Source of the DNA: Sphyrna mokarran
Taxonomy: Eukaryota
Direction of reading: 5' to 3'
DNA: 64,000 nucleotides
NCBI GenBank assembly: GCA_024679065.1
Contig: JAGIQG010000030.1
Coordinates: 3,224,001 to 3,288,000 of the forward strand
Part shown: piece after piece, positions 24,261-37,730 of the stretch
How the letters are laid out: each line of letters starts with the position of its first letter
Numbering within the stretch: position 1 is the stretch's first letter
Program-made: the position numbers and the translations under genes
Notes under the pieces: generated by a model
Seen by the model: only the letters and a program-made list of their open reading frames with translations
Database searches by the model: none
Told to the model about the DNA's origin: nothing

Positions 24261-25729
24261 CCTTTGATTTAGGAGATTTGATATCCTTTTTTACACAAGC
24301 AATCTTGGAAGGGACAGTAAGTGTCCTACAGAAATGCACGGATTACCCATTTTCACAATTGTTGCAGCGTTCATGTAAGCCTATTTGTGACACTAATAAA
24401 TAAACTTCAAACTTAACCTGTGCTGAAATCATGAAGGGGCAGGCTCCCAATCCTAATGTACAATCTGTCATGGGTAATAATGAGTCCTCTTCTGTACTGT
24501 ATGAGAACTCTGCTTGTGAATGTGTAATTCAGATTGGAAAGAGGTTTGGAGATCATTCCGAACTGTACGGCCTTGTGCTCCGTGACATTAACAGAATCCC
24601 TTAATTGATCTATCACTCTGCACTCTCCTCCCATCTATCTGTTATTGAATATGTTTTCTGTAGATTGTAACTTTCGCACTCCCTGTCAGTTTCTGCCTCT
24701 GGGCAGGAGGGGGAGGAAAATATTTCCTAGAATCTAGGAGCTATTCTGGTAAATTGAGCTGTGTTATGTCCAGGAGAATGCGACATTATCATTGTAGAGC
24801 CTTACCTGGAGTTAGAAACAGCACCTAAACGTTGATACTGTTGTATACGAGAGAGGCTTCGAGAGAATGTATCGTTTTACAGCTGGTTGTTAATGCCTTA
24901 AGTTTAAAATGTATTTGCCCGATGTGCTAAGATTAAACGACTCATGCGTACCTGGAGTCTCGATACTTTATGGAGAGAATTTTAGAAAGGGGTAGGGTTG
25001 ATAGCTGTTGTATATATCTCTTAATGCGTGTACCTCTGCATGTGACTAATGCAGAGCTAACACTGCTGTGTTAACGTGTACACGTGCACATCAGCGTGGC
25101 TGAAGACGCCTGTGAATGAAGTTGTGGAGTTTGTAGCCTGGTGTTGGGGGTGTATTTATGAATGTGTCTGATGTGCCTGTATTAAAGCACAGTGGCCTTG
25201 TCCAAGCTAAACTATTTTTTATCAATAACGATCATCTCCTGAATGTCAGTGGGTGTTAAAATGTACCCCAAAGGCTTGAATAACGGTCTTAAAGATAAAT
25301 GTTTTAGGCTGAACCCTGAAATTAAAGCGATTGTGGAGCAGCCGTGTCTAACACGGAGAGTGGGGTTGGAAAGGGATACATTCTATTGATATTGAATGGT
25401 GTGAACAGCAGAGTTGTGTGTACACTAACTTTACTGTCCAATTATTATCAGGAAAAGTGTTACACTTTGGGTGTTAAACGTCCTTGAGTGGTGTTAATGC
25501 CACTTTCCACATTCTGATACTCTTTTAACAGGATGGTGAATAATTACCATCAGTGAACTAGGTTTAACTAGGTTCCCTTTGGGCGGGGTGGTGAGAGGTG
25601 GGGGTCAGATCCAATTAACTTAAATCATGTTGCGCATTCCACCATTTGTAAACCCGTTCACCACGGGCACTGTCAGTCATATCTGAACCCATTTTTATAG
25701 TCACTGGCCAGAATAAAACTATATTTAAA

Positions 25730-25842
25730 GGGCGGGATTCTCCCGTAAAACTGGAGAATCCCGACCGAGATTAGTGGACATTGGCGTGATCCACCCGTCC
25801 CGCCCGCTACCATCCCCTGGCGGGCGGGACGGGAGAATTGTC
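25730..25842. mobile_element. Short MITE
   Basis: gggcgggattctccc ... gggagaattgtc, interior homologous to 8531-8655. Confidence 0.6.
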
Positions 25843-26334
25843 ATTTGTAATGTGAAAGGAGTTGAGATATTAACGTGCCCGCAGCACAGACCCTTTTTCA
25901 GCACCGGTGCCCAGTTGGATGCACACTTAGGAAAAGATTACTGGAAAAGTATTCCATGGAAAATCCAGGTATTGTTCCAGATCCCATCTTCTGCACAGGT
26001 ATGCCACCTGAACCAGAAACCAGATGATCCCAACTCAGAACACCTGAGAGAGGTTTTGAAAACTGAGACAGCACTAATGGCAACATAATGCACGTTTCAA
26101 AACTCTATATGAAGTGAGAATGTAGAACTAGCTTGGAGGACAATAGAGGACACTGGAGCCCAGGACATGTAACAGAATAGGAGCCTGTTTTATTTTGCAT
26201 CACTGATATCTCGGGCTGATGATCAAGATCTTACCCTGAAGGAAGTTTAAAGAAAGATATTGCAGGAGAAGCAGCCAGAGACTCAAAGAATTTAGTGCCA
26301 TGTCCCTCACCTAGGAGATTAAAATTATACAATT

Positions 26335-26630
26335 GTAGAATCCTTACGGTACAGAAAGAGGCCATTCGGCCCATCAAGTTTGCACCAACCACAACCACAG
26401 GCTCTATTTCTGTAACCCCACATATTTATCCTGTGAATCCCCTGACACTCTGGTCAATTTATCATGGCCAATTAACTCACTTGCACATCTTTGGACTGTG
26501 GGAGCAGCCAGAGGAAACCCATGCAGACACAGGGAGAATGTGCAAACTCCACATAGTGAGCAGAGGCCGGAATTGAACCCGGGTCCCTGACGCTGTGAGG
26601 CAGCAGTGCTAACCACTGTGTCACCATGCC
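26335..26630 (-). mobile_element. V-SINE tail A
   Basis: Family homology within window. Confidence 0.85.
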
Positions 26631-26832
26631 ACTGATAAATGTTTCCTTAACACTTTAGTGGCCTTGGTAACAGAGATGGCCAATATCAATACAATCACTG
26701 CTTACTGAATAATGCAAATTTAAAGAAGTTCTTCAGTATTCCAGCCTCCTTCCCTCCTATTCATACTGTTGTAGTAAATCATAATCAGCTATGTAGGTGA
26801 ACTTTCAGTCATATTCGAACCAATTTTTATTG

Positions 26833-27085
26833 TTTAAAGTTTATTTATTATTAGTCACAAGTAAAGCTTACATTAACACGGCAATGAAGTTACCGTGAAA
26901 TTCCCACAGTCAGCACAGTCTGGCTACTGTTCGGGTCAATGCACCTAATAGAACACCTTTCAGAATGTGGGAGTAAATCAGAGCACCTGGAGGAAACCTA
27001 CACAGATATGGGGAGAACGCGCAAATTCCACACAAACTCCAAACTCCCTGGCGCTGTGAGACAGCAGTGCTAACCGCTGTGCAAC
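26833..27085 (-). mobile_element. V-SINE tail B
   Basis: Family homology within window. Confidence 0.85.
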
Positions 27086-27145
27086 TGTATTGTCAGAATA
27101 AAACAATATGGTTCCTTTTCTCAAATGTGGGATTCTCCGGCCAAA

Positions 27146-27258
27146 TGGTGATCTAGACTCGAAATATTGGCTCTATTCTCTCCCCACAGGTGCTGTCAGA
27201 CCTGCTGAGATTTTCCAGCATTTTTCTGTTTTTGCTTCAGTATCCACAGTATTTTGCA
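27146..27258 (+). mobile_element. Second Penelope-like family terminal fragment
   Basis: gactcGAAAtattggctctattctctccccacaggtgctgtcagacctgctgagattttccagc, the reverse-orientation homologue of 20160-20258. Confidence 0.6.
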
Positions 27259-28819
27259 TTTATCTTATGTAGGTGAACTGGCTCATTGTTGCTTATTGTG
27301 TTTGAAGAATTTAAGATTAAAAACTGCAGAAATTGAGTTCAGATTATGCAGCATTAATGCTGTAAACACTGTATCGCAGGGTTTAATAGCAGCCACATCA
27401 GACACACTCATAAATATAGCCAACACCAGACTACAAGCTCCACAACTTCATTCAACCACACTGATGTTCACGTGAACACGTTAACACAACAGTATTGGCC
27501 CTGCATGAGTTACATACAGAGGTACACACATCAGGCACACTCACAACAGCGATAAGCCCTACCCCTTTCTAAACTTTAAGCTAAAGCACTTTGCACAATT
27601 ACCAGCGGAAAGCTGTCTCAATTGTCTTTACACGCTGTCTGAAAGCAAGCCCCTGAAGCTCTTACTTGGACCTCACTGTCAGATCCATCAGACCTTATTG
27701 TAGAAACATTGCCATTTGATAAAGCAAGTTTCAGCATTGCAAGTGGAATGCCTGCTCTTGCGTCAAAGGGATTTAAACATCAAGCATATTGTAAATATTG
27801 AAAGCAATCCCTGGGATTCCAATTTCAACCAGGAAAATGTGGAGAGTATTTTCTTTCAAAGGAATGTTGAGCAGATTAGATTCTGCCCAGTTAATTGGAA
27901 GAGGAAGTTCCTCTTGTACAGGCAGCAAGAATGCAAAAATGCTGCTTACGGCCAACCCTTAGTCTGTTTATAAGAACTGCTGTCATTGAACAACCTTGTC
28001 CACCATTATTCAGGTACAGAGTATTTCTTTATTGATTGCTTCAGCACTTAATGCAGAGAAAGTTACAGTGTAACTGTGTGATTTCACTTCACTCCAGTTA
28101 TGATGGTGGATTTTTGACATTTATCTTCAAACGTTTCCCTTGGAAAATTAATAATCAGATTTTAAGTGTGCATATTAACTTTAAAGAAAAGACTAGCATA
28201 TATCTATATCCATTCATACATGTGATTGCAATTGTGTGGGCGCTATAGATTGTTTAGATTTACGATTGTGGCTACATAGGGTTAGTTATGACCCTGCATC
28301 TAAGATAATAAGGATTTATGCCACAATTTGCATGCAGTCCAAGAACACCAAGCAGTATTCGCACAGGTAAGTATCAAATTTGCCTATTGTACCGATTCAG
28401 ACTCATGCTCATAACTACTGGTATATGTGTGGATATCAGCACTTAATATTACCTGTGCCATCTCCAATACAGAATATATCCTTTTCTTGCATATAATGGT
28501 GTACACTCAGGTGATATCTTTGTGATCACTTATGCACTCTTGTCAAAGCGCACAGATTAATTCATGTGGGTTTCATCTGATAGATAAAGATACAAGCGCA
28601 TCTTATTATTGCAGATGATGTTGTTAATGTTACAGTATGTGCAGCAACCTTACCTGTGTCATAGTCTCCTCATAGTTTAGTTGCAGACATATGTCCTCAA
28701 TGTAGGTGAAATTACCAGAAAAAAATGTAAACTATACGCAGTTCTCGTGCAAGTAAAATTGCAGACAACCCTCCCAATGGTTGTGCCATTGTGGGACTGA
28801 GTCATAAATCTCTGGTTTT

Positions 28820-29098
28820 ATAGAACCCCTAAAGTGCAGAAGAGGCCATTCAGCCAGCCCTTTGATGGATTATCAAACTCTTTGTCCGCTCTATCCCTGT
28901 GACCCAACATATTTCCCATGGTCAATCCGTTTGAGGACACTAAGAGGCAATTTGATACGGACAATCTGCCTAACTTGCAAATCTTTTGAGTGTGGGAGGA
29001 AACCAGAGCACCTGGAGGAAACCCACTCAGACCTGGGGAGAACGTGCAAACTCCACACAGACAGTCACCCAAAGCTGGAATTGAATCCTGGCGCTGGG
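28820..29098 (-). mobile_element. V-SINE tail A
   Basis: Family homology within window. Confidence 0.85.
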
Positions 29099-29313
29099 TG
29101 CTCTCTGTAATGTTCTGATGTAACTAAGCTCAGATCAGAGGGGCAGCAGGGTGCAGTTAGCTTCAGATTGTATTTGGATTGGTGGGAACATGGTTCAAAG
29201 TTTTCATAGGGCCACAAAGCTTGACAAAATGACCATATAGATCCCTTAATGGTCATGTCATGCTGGATTGTAAGTATTATTGTAAACTTTGCTCTAAATC
29301 TAAAACTTATGTT

Positions 29314-29850
29314 TGGTGGCATGATGTCAGAGTGGTAAGCACTGCTACCTCACAGCGCCAGGGACCAGAGTTCGATTCCCAGCTTGGGCTATTGTCTGTA
29401 TAGAGTCTGCATCTTCTCCCCGTGACTACGTAGGTTTCTTCCGGATTCTCTGGTTTCCTGCCACAGTCTGAAAGATATGTTGGTTAAGTGCATTAGTCTT
29501 ACTAAAGTCTCCCTGACTGTACCCGAACAGGCATCAGAGTGTGGTGACTAGGGGATTTTCACAGTAGCTTCATTGCAGCATTAATGTAGCCATGACATGT
29601 AGATGCTGGCATTGGACTGAGGCGGACACTGTAAGAACTCTCATAACACTCAACTAAAGTCCAATTGATTTATTTGGAATCGTGAGCTGCTCCTTCATCA
29701 ATTGAGTGGCTACTCACCTGATGAAGGAGCAGTGCCCTGAATGTTCGTGATTCCAGATAGACCTCTTGGAATTTAGCCTGGCGTTGTGAGACTTCTTATA
29801 GTTTATGTTTATGAAAACCTACTTTGACAATAATAGATAAACTTGAAACT
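29314..29850 (+). mobile_element. V-SINE tail B interrupted by Penelope-like element
   Basis: Tail resumes at ~29805 (cctactttgacaataatagataaac). Confidence 0.8.
29592..29799 (-). mobile_element. Penelope-like palindromic element inserted in a SINE tail
   Basis: Tail on the left, degenerate inverted arms. Plus-strand hammerhead remnant tcacCTGATGAaggagcagtgccctGAAt at 29714-29750. Confidence 0.7.
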
Positions 29851-29900
29851 TAGAGAAGTTCAGTGCATTTTCTGTTAATGTGTGTGGTAATTGCAACTAA

Positions 29901-30266
<366 letters not shown>

Positions 30267-30356
30267 TGAATCGGACTTTTCTCTGAGAAAGAAGGCTCAT
30301 ACAGAACCAGGCACCATTCTGATAAGATGATTATAGAACCACAGATACTTTGATAC

Positions 30357-30838
30357 ACAAGGAACACTGAAAGGCCTGGATAGAATGGATGTGAGGAAGA
30401 GCTTTCCATTAGTTGGAGAGACTAGGATCCAAGGGCATAGTCTTAGAATAAAAGGACGATCCTTTAACACAGAAACATGAAAAATAGGTGCAGGATTAGG
30501 CTGTTCAGCCCTTTGAGCCTATACCCATCATTCAGTATCATCACAGCTGATCCCACTTCCTCTTTCTCTCCATTCCCCTTAGAACTGAGATGAGGAGGAA
30601 TTTCTTCAGCCAGAGAGTGGTGAAACTATGGAATTCATTGCCACATAAGACTGTGGAAGTCAGGTCACTGCGTGTATTTAAGACAGAGATAGATAGGTTC
30701 TTGATTGGTAAGGAGATGAAAGGTTACAGGGAAAAGGCGGCAGAATGGGTTTGAGAGACCTATTAGCCATGGCTGAATGGTGGAGCACTCTCGATGGGCT
30801 GATTGGCCTAATTCTGCTCCTTTAGCTTATGATCTTAT
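30357..30838 (+). mobile_element. CR1 LINE 3' end with an embedded inverted tail piece
   Basis: GLDRMDV..RRNFFSQRVVKLWNSLP and cttatgatcttat tail. Confidence 0.8.
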
Positions 30839-31230
30839 AAAATCACCCGACCTTTTGTCCACATCCTTGTGCTAGCTCCTTCACCAGGGCCATCCACTCT
30901 AACCCTACTTCCTTGCTGACATTTTGTCTGTCTTTTATTCTTTCTCAAGTGTTCACTCAATTCCTGTGGGGAAACTTTTATTTTATATCAATAAGTTCTT
31001 CACTAACTGCGCTGCGTGCTTTGAATTCTAATGTTTGCAGCAACGGCTGGAGCTAAAGTAAAGCTTCAGCACAGTGCCAAATATGCTAATCTCCTCACAA
31101 GGTTCTGAAAGCTGCTATTAGTCAGCAGTGACCTACTTCAGAGCTGCTCTTGCATTGAGCAGACAGAGACATGATGGGCCAAGTGGCCTTCCTCTGTGCT
31201 GTAATTATTCTGTGACGGCACCTAACACAT

Positions 31231-31612
31231 GGCAGCACGGTGGCACAGTGGTTAGCACTGCTGCCTCACTGCGTCAGGGACCTGGGGTTCAATTCTGGCC
31301 ATTGAATTGAAGTGGGCACGGGCAGACAATGGGAATTTCCATTGACCTCATGGGATTTTCCGCTCTCGGATTCAGTGTCTGTGAGGAGTCTGCACGTTCT
31401 CCCTGTTTCTGTATAGGTTTTTTCCTGGTGCTCCAGTTTCCTCCCACAGCCCAAAGATGTGCGGGTTAGTGGATTGGCCATGTTAGATTGATCCTGGTGT
31501 CAGGGGGAACTAGCTAGAGTAAATGCACGGGGTTGGGGGATAAGGCCTGGGTGGGATTGTGATTGGTCAGGCTCATCAGGCCATATGACCTCCTTCTGCG
31601 CTGTAGGATCCT
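31231..31612 (+). mobile_element. V-SINE tail A with foreign insert
   Basis: Family homology. Insert at ~31305-31369. Confidence 0.85.
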
Positions 31613-32231
31613 TTGATAAAGCAAATGCAAAATCTGCCTGAGGGAGTGAAATGCTCTTATTGGGTAATGGGAAGATTATTGGATTTCATCCCTGCTCTAT
31701 AATAGAAACACAATGCATAACAATCTTTGCAAGTCATTGGGAAGGTTCTGTCACTGGCCAAGTCAGATCTAGAAGATATTGTAACTTGGTACCAAGTAGT
31801 GTCAGAGATTGGTAGGGCATCACATGAGTTTTTAATTTTCCCTGTAGTAAGTCCTCGTCATGTTATGAGAGGAATTGGCAAAGGAGTTCCCAAGTGTTTT
31901 TACACCTTCGTCAAAGGTAGAAAAAGTAGTTGGGGAGTGGGATGGATTAAAATGGGAAAGCCACACGTTATCAGGAATTGTAGAGCAACTTTGTAAAACA
32001 GGATTTGGAGTGAAAGTGAAGCTCTAGCAGATTCTCAATGCCAGTGAAGCTACATGATCTGAAAGAAGAGATTAAAAAAGTTCAAAGTAAAATTTACAAG
32101 AGATAAATTGTAGCCGAGGGCTTTCTCTTAATGGGTGCACTAGAGAGCAGCTATGGAAGAAGACCCTTAGTTAAAATGTCTCAAACTTCTGAGCACCATA
32201 GCTTTATTTTTGGATAATGGGTTACTTGCTA

Positions 32232-32543
32232 TCATAAAATCCTATAGTGCAGAAGGAGGCTATTTGGCCCATCGAATCTGCAACAACCACAATTCCATCC
32301 AGACCCTACCCCCGTGCATTTACCCTGGCTAGTCCCCCTGACATTAAGGGGCAATTTAGCATGGCTAATCCACCTAACTTGCATGTCGTTGGACTGTGGA
32401 AGGAAACCAGAGCACCTGGAGGAAACCCACACAGACATGGGGAGAATGTGCAAACTCCACATAGACAGTCACCTGAGGCTGGGAATCAAATCTGGGTCCC
32501 CGGCACTGTGAAGTAGCAATACTATCTGCTGTGCCACTGTGCT
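32232..32543 (-). mobile_element. V-SINE tail A
   Basis: Family homology within window. Confidence 0.85.
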
Positions 32544-32981
32544 GTGAATATTGCTGCTTTGAGTTTCATCTTGAGGAATGGGAAATGAGAATCTGGCTCT
32601 GCCTGTGCAGTTGTGTTTAGCCTGTTATTGATTTCATATGGACTGGATTGTTATTACCATAGTACAGACAGTATTAAAGCTTATTTTTCCAAATTCACCA
32701 TGCGCTGACACTAAAGTATGAAAACCATTAAGTGAATGATCAGTTCCTGAATGGAGTGACACCTGTCAAAGTCAGCAGTGAGCTGCTGATTATTTAAACC
32801 TGACCTGAAGTGAGCAGAGCCACTAGAAGAAGCCCAGTGTATTGACATCTCTTTGGCCATAACTTCATTGGATTCATTATGTTCTATTTGTGGAAACAAA
32901 TTGACTTCATTGCATTTATTTGTAAGAATTTAGGTACTTCAATTTCCAGGGAATTGTCTGGCCAAGTTGAACTTTGTATAA

Positions 32982-33112
32982 CAGGAGAATTCTACTCCCT
33001 CATCTGCCATGTAATTGAAGTGGGCACGGGGCAGACAATGGAAATTTCCATTGACCTCATGGGACTTTCCGGTCTTGGGTTGAGTGAGGCTGTACGATCC
33101 CGGTTTGTCATT
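32982..33112. mobile_element. Short MITE
   Basis: Interior is the reverse homologue of 8531-8655 (tccattgacct..ggga). Confidence 0.55.
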
Positions 33113-35501
33113 ATTAGTGATGGCCAATTCTGATAATAGGGCTACCTGCTGTGGACCTTTGTTTAGATGGAATTATCAATAGGTCATTACTTCCTGGTTG
33201 CCTGAGCCATACGCTCAGAGTTAGGGTTGGATTGGAATCAGATCTTTGTCTTCATTGGATTTGTTCCATGGTATGTATTGCTTCTTAGTACATTTTTCCT
33301 CAAGCTTCCTTCTAGATTTCAGTTCACTTCCCTTACCTAGTGGCACACCAAGGCAGACTTTCCCCTTTTTCCATTGCTGGGAATTCCTGGAATCGGTCAC
33401 TAGTCTGTTGCCAGAGGCTTATAGCTTGAGGGGTGCCACTCTGCATCAAGTGTGGCTGGTCAGGAGTCCCTCCCACTGTTACCAGCAACTGTTTGCATTT
33501 TTTGGATGAATTTGCAGATTAACACACTCGGCCTATTGGCCACATTATGACCACACCATCCTTTGCTGTCAAGTCTTGGAGTGAAGCTTGAACCCGGAGC
33601 TTCTGGCTCAGTTAGGGGCGCTAACTACTGTGCCACAAGGCCCCACTCTTTCTAGATTGCAGCATAATGTGTTGGTTAATAGAGACTACTTTTGATCAAC
33701 CCTCTCCAGTCACATTAATTTTTTATAATTTATAAAGCTGCATTCTAGCCATTATAAAGAGGGTATAGATTGACCGTGGCCCAAGGGTATAGTACAACGA
33801 AGATAATGTCATGAGCAAGCCAAGTGAAGCTCATCCATAGCTCAGCACAAGGTCTACTGGCATTCTAAGCCCACAGGTCATGGCACTTTATCTAATTCCT
33901 AATTTTTAAAAAAATCTTGGCGAATTCATTTGGCAATGCAACAGTGGGTGATACCCAGAGCACAGCTAGGAAGCAGCCTAGCATCAGTTAGCTAGCCGGT
34001 TCAACTCAGCCGCTGGGAATCAGATTAAAAAAAAACAGAGCTTAACCTTGGAACAATACAATTTGGTGGAACCTTCTATTTTCCCACGTCCTAAGGAACC
34101 CAGACCGCAATGCAACAATGCTGCACCCAGTTGCCTAGTTTTGATTATTATGCTACACTATGAACATCCTTGGGTTTCATGGAGGGATGCATTACTACGC
34201 AAGCAAGCTGCATTAAGAGTCTTCCCCATTCCACCACTTTCTGTTTAATAAATTAAACATCGGGTCACAAGGAATGATATCATGTTCAACACTCTGCAGA
34301 TAACATCTTAAACAATATCCAAAAAAGACCAAAGAGGTCGGCTCTTGCCCTGAGAACCCTTGGGGAAAATAAATATGTAATTGAGATGCTGCCTCACAAA
34401 AATATTCAGCACATTACCAGAGAGAGAGATGGACATTGTGGGTGAATAATAGAGGAATGTCTTTGGAAAATCTCTGGAATGAGAAAACAATTAGTAGACA
34501 GAATAGAACTCAAAATTCACAATGAAATCCAAGCAAATTTCTGCAAAGAAGGAATTTATTTTTGAAAAATTATTGGATCATAAACTTTATTAGACCAGGG
34601 AGATACTGGGTGCTGATTGAAGCCACCAGTTCTAGTTTGTCAGTCTGGGAGAGGCTTGATAATGGGTTAACAGATCGTGGATAATTGTGGTTCTGCTGAA
34701 GCTACACTTTGTGCTTCAAGTTTTGCAAAAGATGTTCCAAAGTGAGGTGAAGATCTTAACTGAGATGGCACGTGTTTTCTGACTGAGTTAAAGACTAACT
34801 CTGGACCTGAGGAAGCCACGTTGCATTTTTGTGCTTTTAAATGAAGTAACTATCTCGAAAACCCATCTCCCGATCTGTACAAAGGCTTGTGTATTCTGAA
34901 CCGATTGGTAATCTAATTCCTTTGGAATTGGTTGGACAATTCGCTGCTTGTGTAATTTGATGAAACTGTCGGCTAGGTTTGTAAATCACAACGTGACCCC
35001 TGGAACACTCCCCTGATGAAGACCATTGATTGTATCACTCAATAAGGAGGATTTATCACTGGCAGGATGCACTATCCTTCTGTCTGTCTTCAGACAAGGC
35101 TGCATATCTTCTGGTGCGGCTGCTGGTTTTTGGTGTTTCCTTTGTGTTCTGAGTGCTGATGGACCATTCTCTCTGATGGGACTTTGAGCACATACTAAGC
35201 CCTCACAACCATGTCTTGCAAACTCTTTTCCATTCTTTTAGTGTTACCATTGGCCAATTCTGCATGGGTTCTCGTTTCATCTGTGTGTGTCCCTGTCCTC
35301 TGAAGGTATAGAGAAAGTGGTCAGTTAGATACTTGCAGGGACAGTGTTGCAGTTTGATTGAATTCCATTGTGTTAGTTAGTGCTGGTTGTGAATTTCAAA
35401 GCCAGGCCACAGTTGTTCTTTTGCAATACCATCTCTTTCATTTGTTGATCTTGTTTCTAGTGATGGGATTGGATAAACCCTTTTGTCATTTAACCACACA
35501 A

Positions 35502-36105
35502 CAGCAGTTCCCAACCTTTCATGTGTCAAGGTACATCTTTGTACTATGTAAAAAAAAATTCAGACACACCTCCCTGTTTTCTTCCCTTACTGGGAACTTT
35601 GTTTTCAACCTCTCCATGTCCTCTCACCGTGCGTGTTTCTCCTGGGGCTTTATGGCTATTTTGGAGTTTTCATTTTTTGTGCAGGTGCAATGGGGCTTTT
35701 GTTGCCAGCTCCAAGTCCCGTTGGTGAGGTATCTGGGCTTGACCAACGAAGAAAATCTAAACCACACATGTGTGGCTCTTTCCCAGCTAGTGCATGTGGG
35801 TCAGGTGGATCGGCTGTGTTAGATTGCCCCTTACTGTTGGGGGGATTAGCAGGATAAATACGTAGGATCACCTAGATAGTGCCTGGGTGGGGTGGTTGTT
35901 GGTGTGGACTCAATGGGCCCCCTGCCTGTAGGAATTCTATGGTTCCACACGCGAGAGGCCCAAGATGCATTGGGTCTTGAAATTTCCGATCACAACATTG
36001 AAGATAAAGGTTAGTTTTAATTTAATTAACTGAATTGGAATCATTTTGAATCTGTTTTTGTGGCACACTCGGAGATCGTCACAGTACACTCTTTGGGAAC
36101 CATAA
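35502..36105. mobile_element. Old hAT/Charlie-like non-autonomous DNA transposon
   Basis: Ends cagcagttcccaacc ... ttgggaacca with subterminal ggcacac motifs. No clear TSD. Confidence 0.4.
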
Positions 36106-36298
36106 TCATATAGTACTGCACTGCATATTCACTGCTTTACACTGTGTTAAGACATTCCTAAATGATAAAGACGTATATAAACACAAGTATTAGTTTAGTT
36201 GTAATTTTGTTACAATAATAATGCAAATTTATATAATTGCAGTCTGAAGGACAAGGAGTACTCATTGTCCCGGCCAACATTTGGGCCTTACCCAATCC

Positions 36299-36670
36299 CA
36301 GTAACTTCATTGCAGTGTTAATGTAACCCTACTTGTGACACTAATAAATAAACTTTTAAAAAAAGATCTTGTTGTGTGCTAGCATTTGCCCATCCCTGTA
36401 TGTGGGCACATATGTTAATGTGTGTGTGTACATGTGGCTGTGTATGTGTATGTATGTACAAATTTATGTGCACTTGTGTATGTACGTGTATTAACGTGTG
36501 TTTGCATATGTGTGTGCAAATATATGTGCACACATGTGTGCATGTGTGTATGTATGCATGTGTGTTAATGTTTGTGTATGGTGTGTAGACGTGTACACGT
36601 CTGTGCGTGTACAAATGTGTGTGCACACCTGTGTGTACAAATATGTGTAACATGTGTACACAAAGTGGCT
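36299..36670 (+). repeat. Local duplication copy 1 (SINE tail plus TG-rich tract)
   Basis: Near-identical to 37672-38063. Confidence 0.9.
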
Positions 36671-36687
36671 TGCATTTATATTAATTT

Positions 36688-36962
36688 ATTTTATTTATTT
36701 ATTAGTGTCACAAGTAGACTTACATTAACACTGCAATGAAGTTACTGTGAAAACCCCCACACTCTGGCACCTGTTCGGGTACTCTGAGGGAGAATTTAGC
36801 ATGGCCAATGCACTTAACCAGCATATCTTAAGGACTGTAGGAAGAAACTGGAGCACCCGGAGGAAACCCATGCAGACACAGGAAGAATGTGCAGATTCCT
36901 CACTGACAGTGACCCAGGCCGGGATTTGAACCCAGGTCCCTGGCACTGAGAGGCAGCAATGC
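36688..36962 (-). mobile_element. V-SINE tail B
   Basis: Family homology within window. Confidence 0.85.
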
Positions 36963-37390
36963 TTAAATGTAATAAAATATGCCAAGATGGTTAATAGGAG
37001 CATTATAAAAGTAATATTTGACAGAGCCATTTAAGGAGACATTATGGGCAGCTGATCAAAAGCTTAGACAGAGGGCTAGGTGCTAAGGAGCATCTGAAAG
37101 GAGGAGAGAGAAGCAGAGAGGTGTAGGGAGGGAGCTGCAGAGATGAGGGTCCAGGCAACTGAAATCATGGTGCCCAGTAGTTGAATAGTTACAACTGGGA
37201 CTGCTCAAGAGGCCTGAATGGAAATGGGTGCAGACACCATGAAAGGTCATGGAGCTGGAGGAGATGACGGAGATGTGGAATGGTAAGGCCATGGAGCGAT
37301 CGGAAAAGAAAGACCAGAATTTTAAACTTGAGGCATTGCTCAGTATAGAGGTAGTTTGTCTCAGTGAGCACAAGGATGATTGGGGCTTAT
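36962..37390 (-). mobile_element. L2-clade LINE 3' fragment
   Basis: LKFKILVFLFRSLHGL resembles the L2 FKILxLxFKxLHGLAP motif. Confidence 0.6.
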
Positions 37391-37425
37391 CAAATCACCA
37401 GATAGTCATCCATCTCATTTGTGAG

Positions 37426-37730
37426 GGGCAGCACAGTGGCACAGTCATTAGCACTGCTGCCTCACAGTGCCAGGGATGCAGGTTTGATTGCTGGTTTGGA
37501 TCAGTATCTGCGGAGTTTGCACATTTTCCCCGTGTCTGTGTGGGCTCCTTCCTGGTGCTCCGGTTTCCTTCCACAGTCTGAATGCTGTGTGGGTTGGGTG
37601 CATTGGCTATGCTGAATTCTCACTCAGTGTACCCAAACAGGTGCCAGAATGTGGCAACCAGGGGCTTTTCACAGTAACTTCATTGCAGTGTTAATGTAAC
37701 CCTACTTGTGACACTAATAAATAAACTTTT
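37426..37730 (+). mobile_element. V-SINE tail B
   Basis: Family homology within window. Confidence 0.85.

Noticed and set aside
35013-35045. Isolated CTGATGA motifs (also ~15557 and ~43639) as further hammerheads
   Set aside because: No stem II followed by GAAA and no closing stem I.
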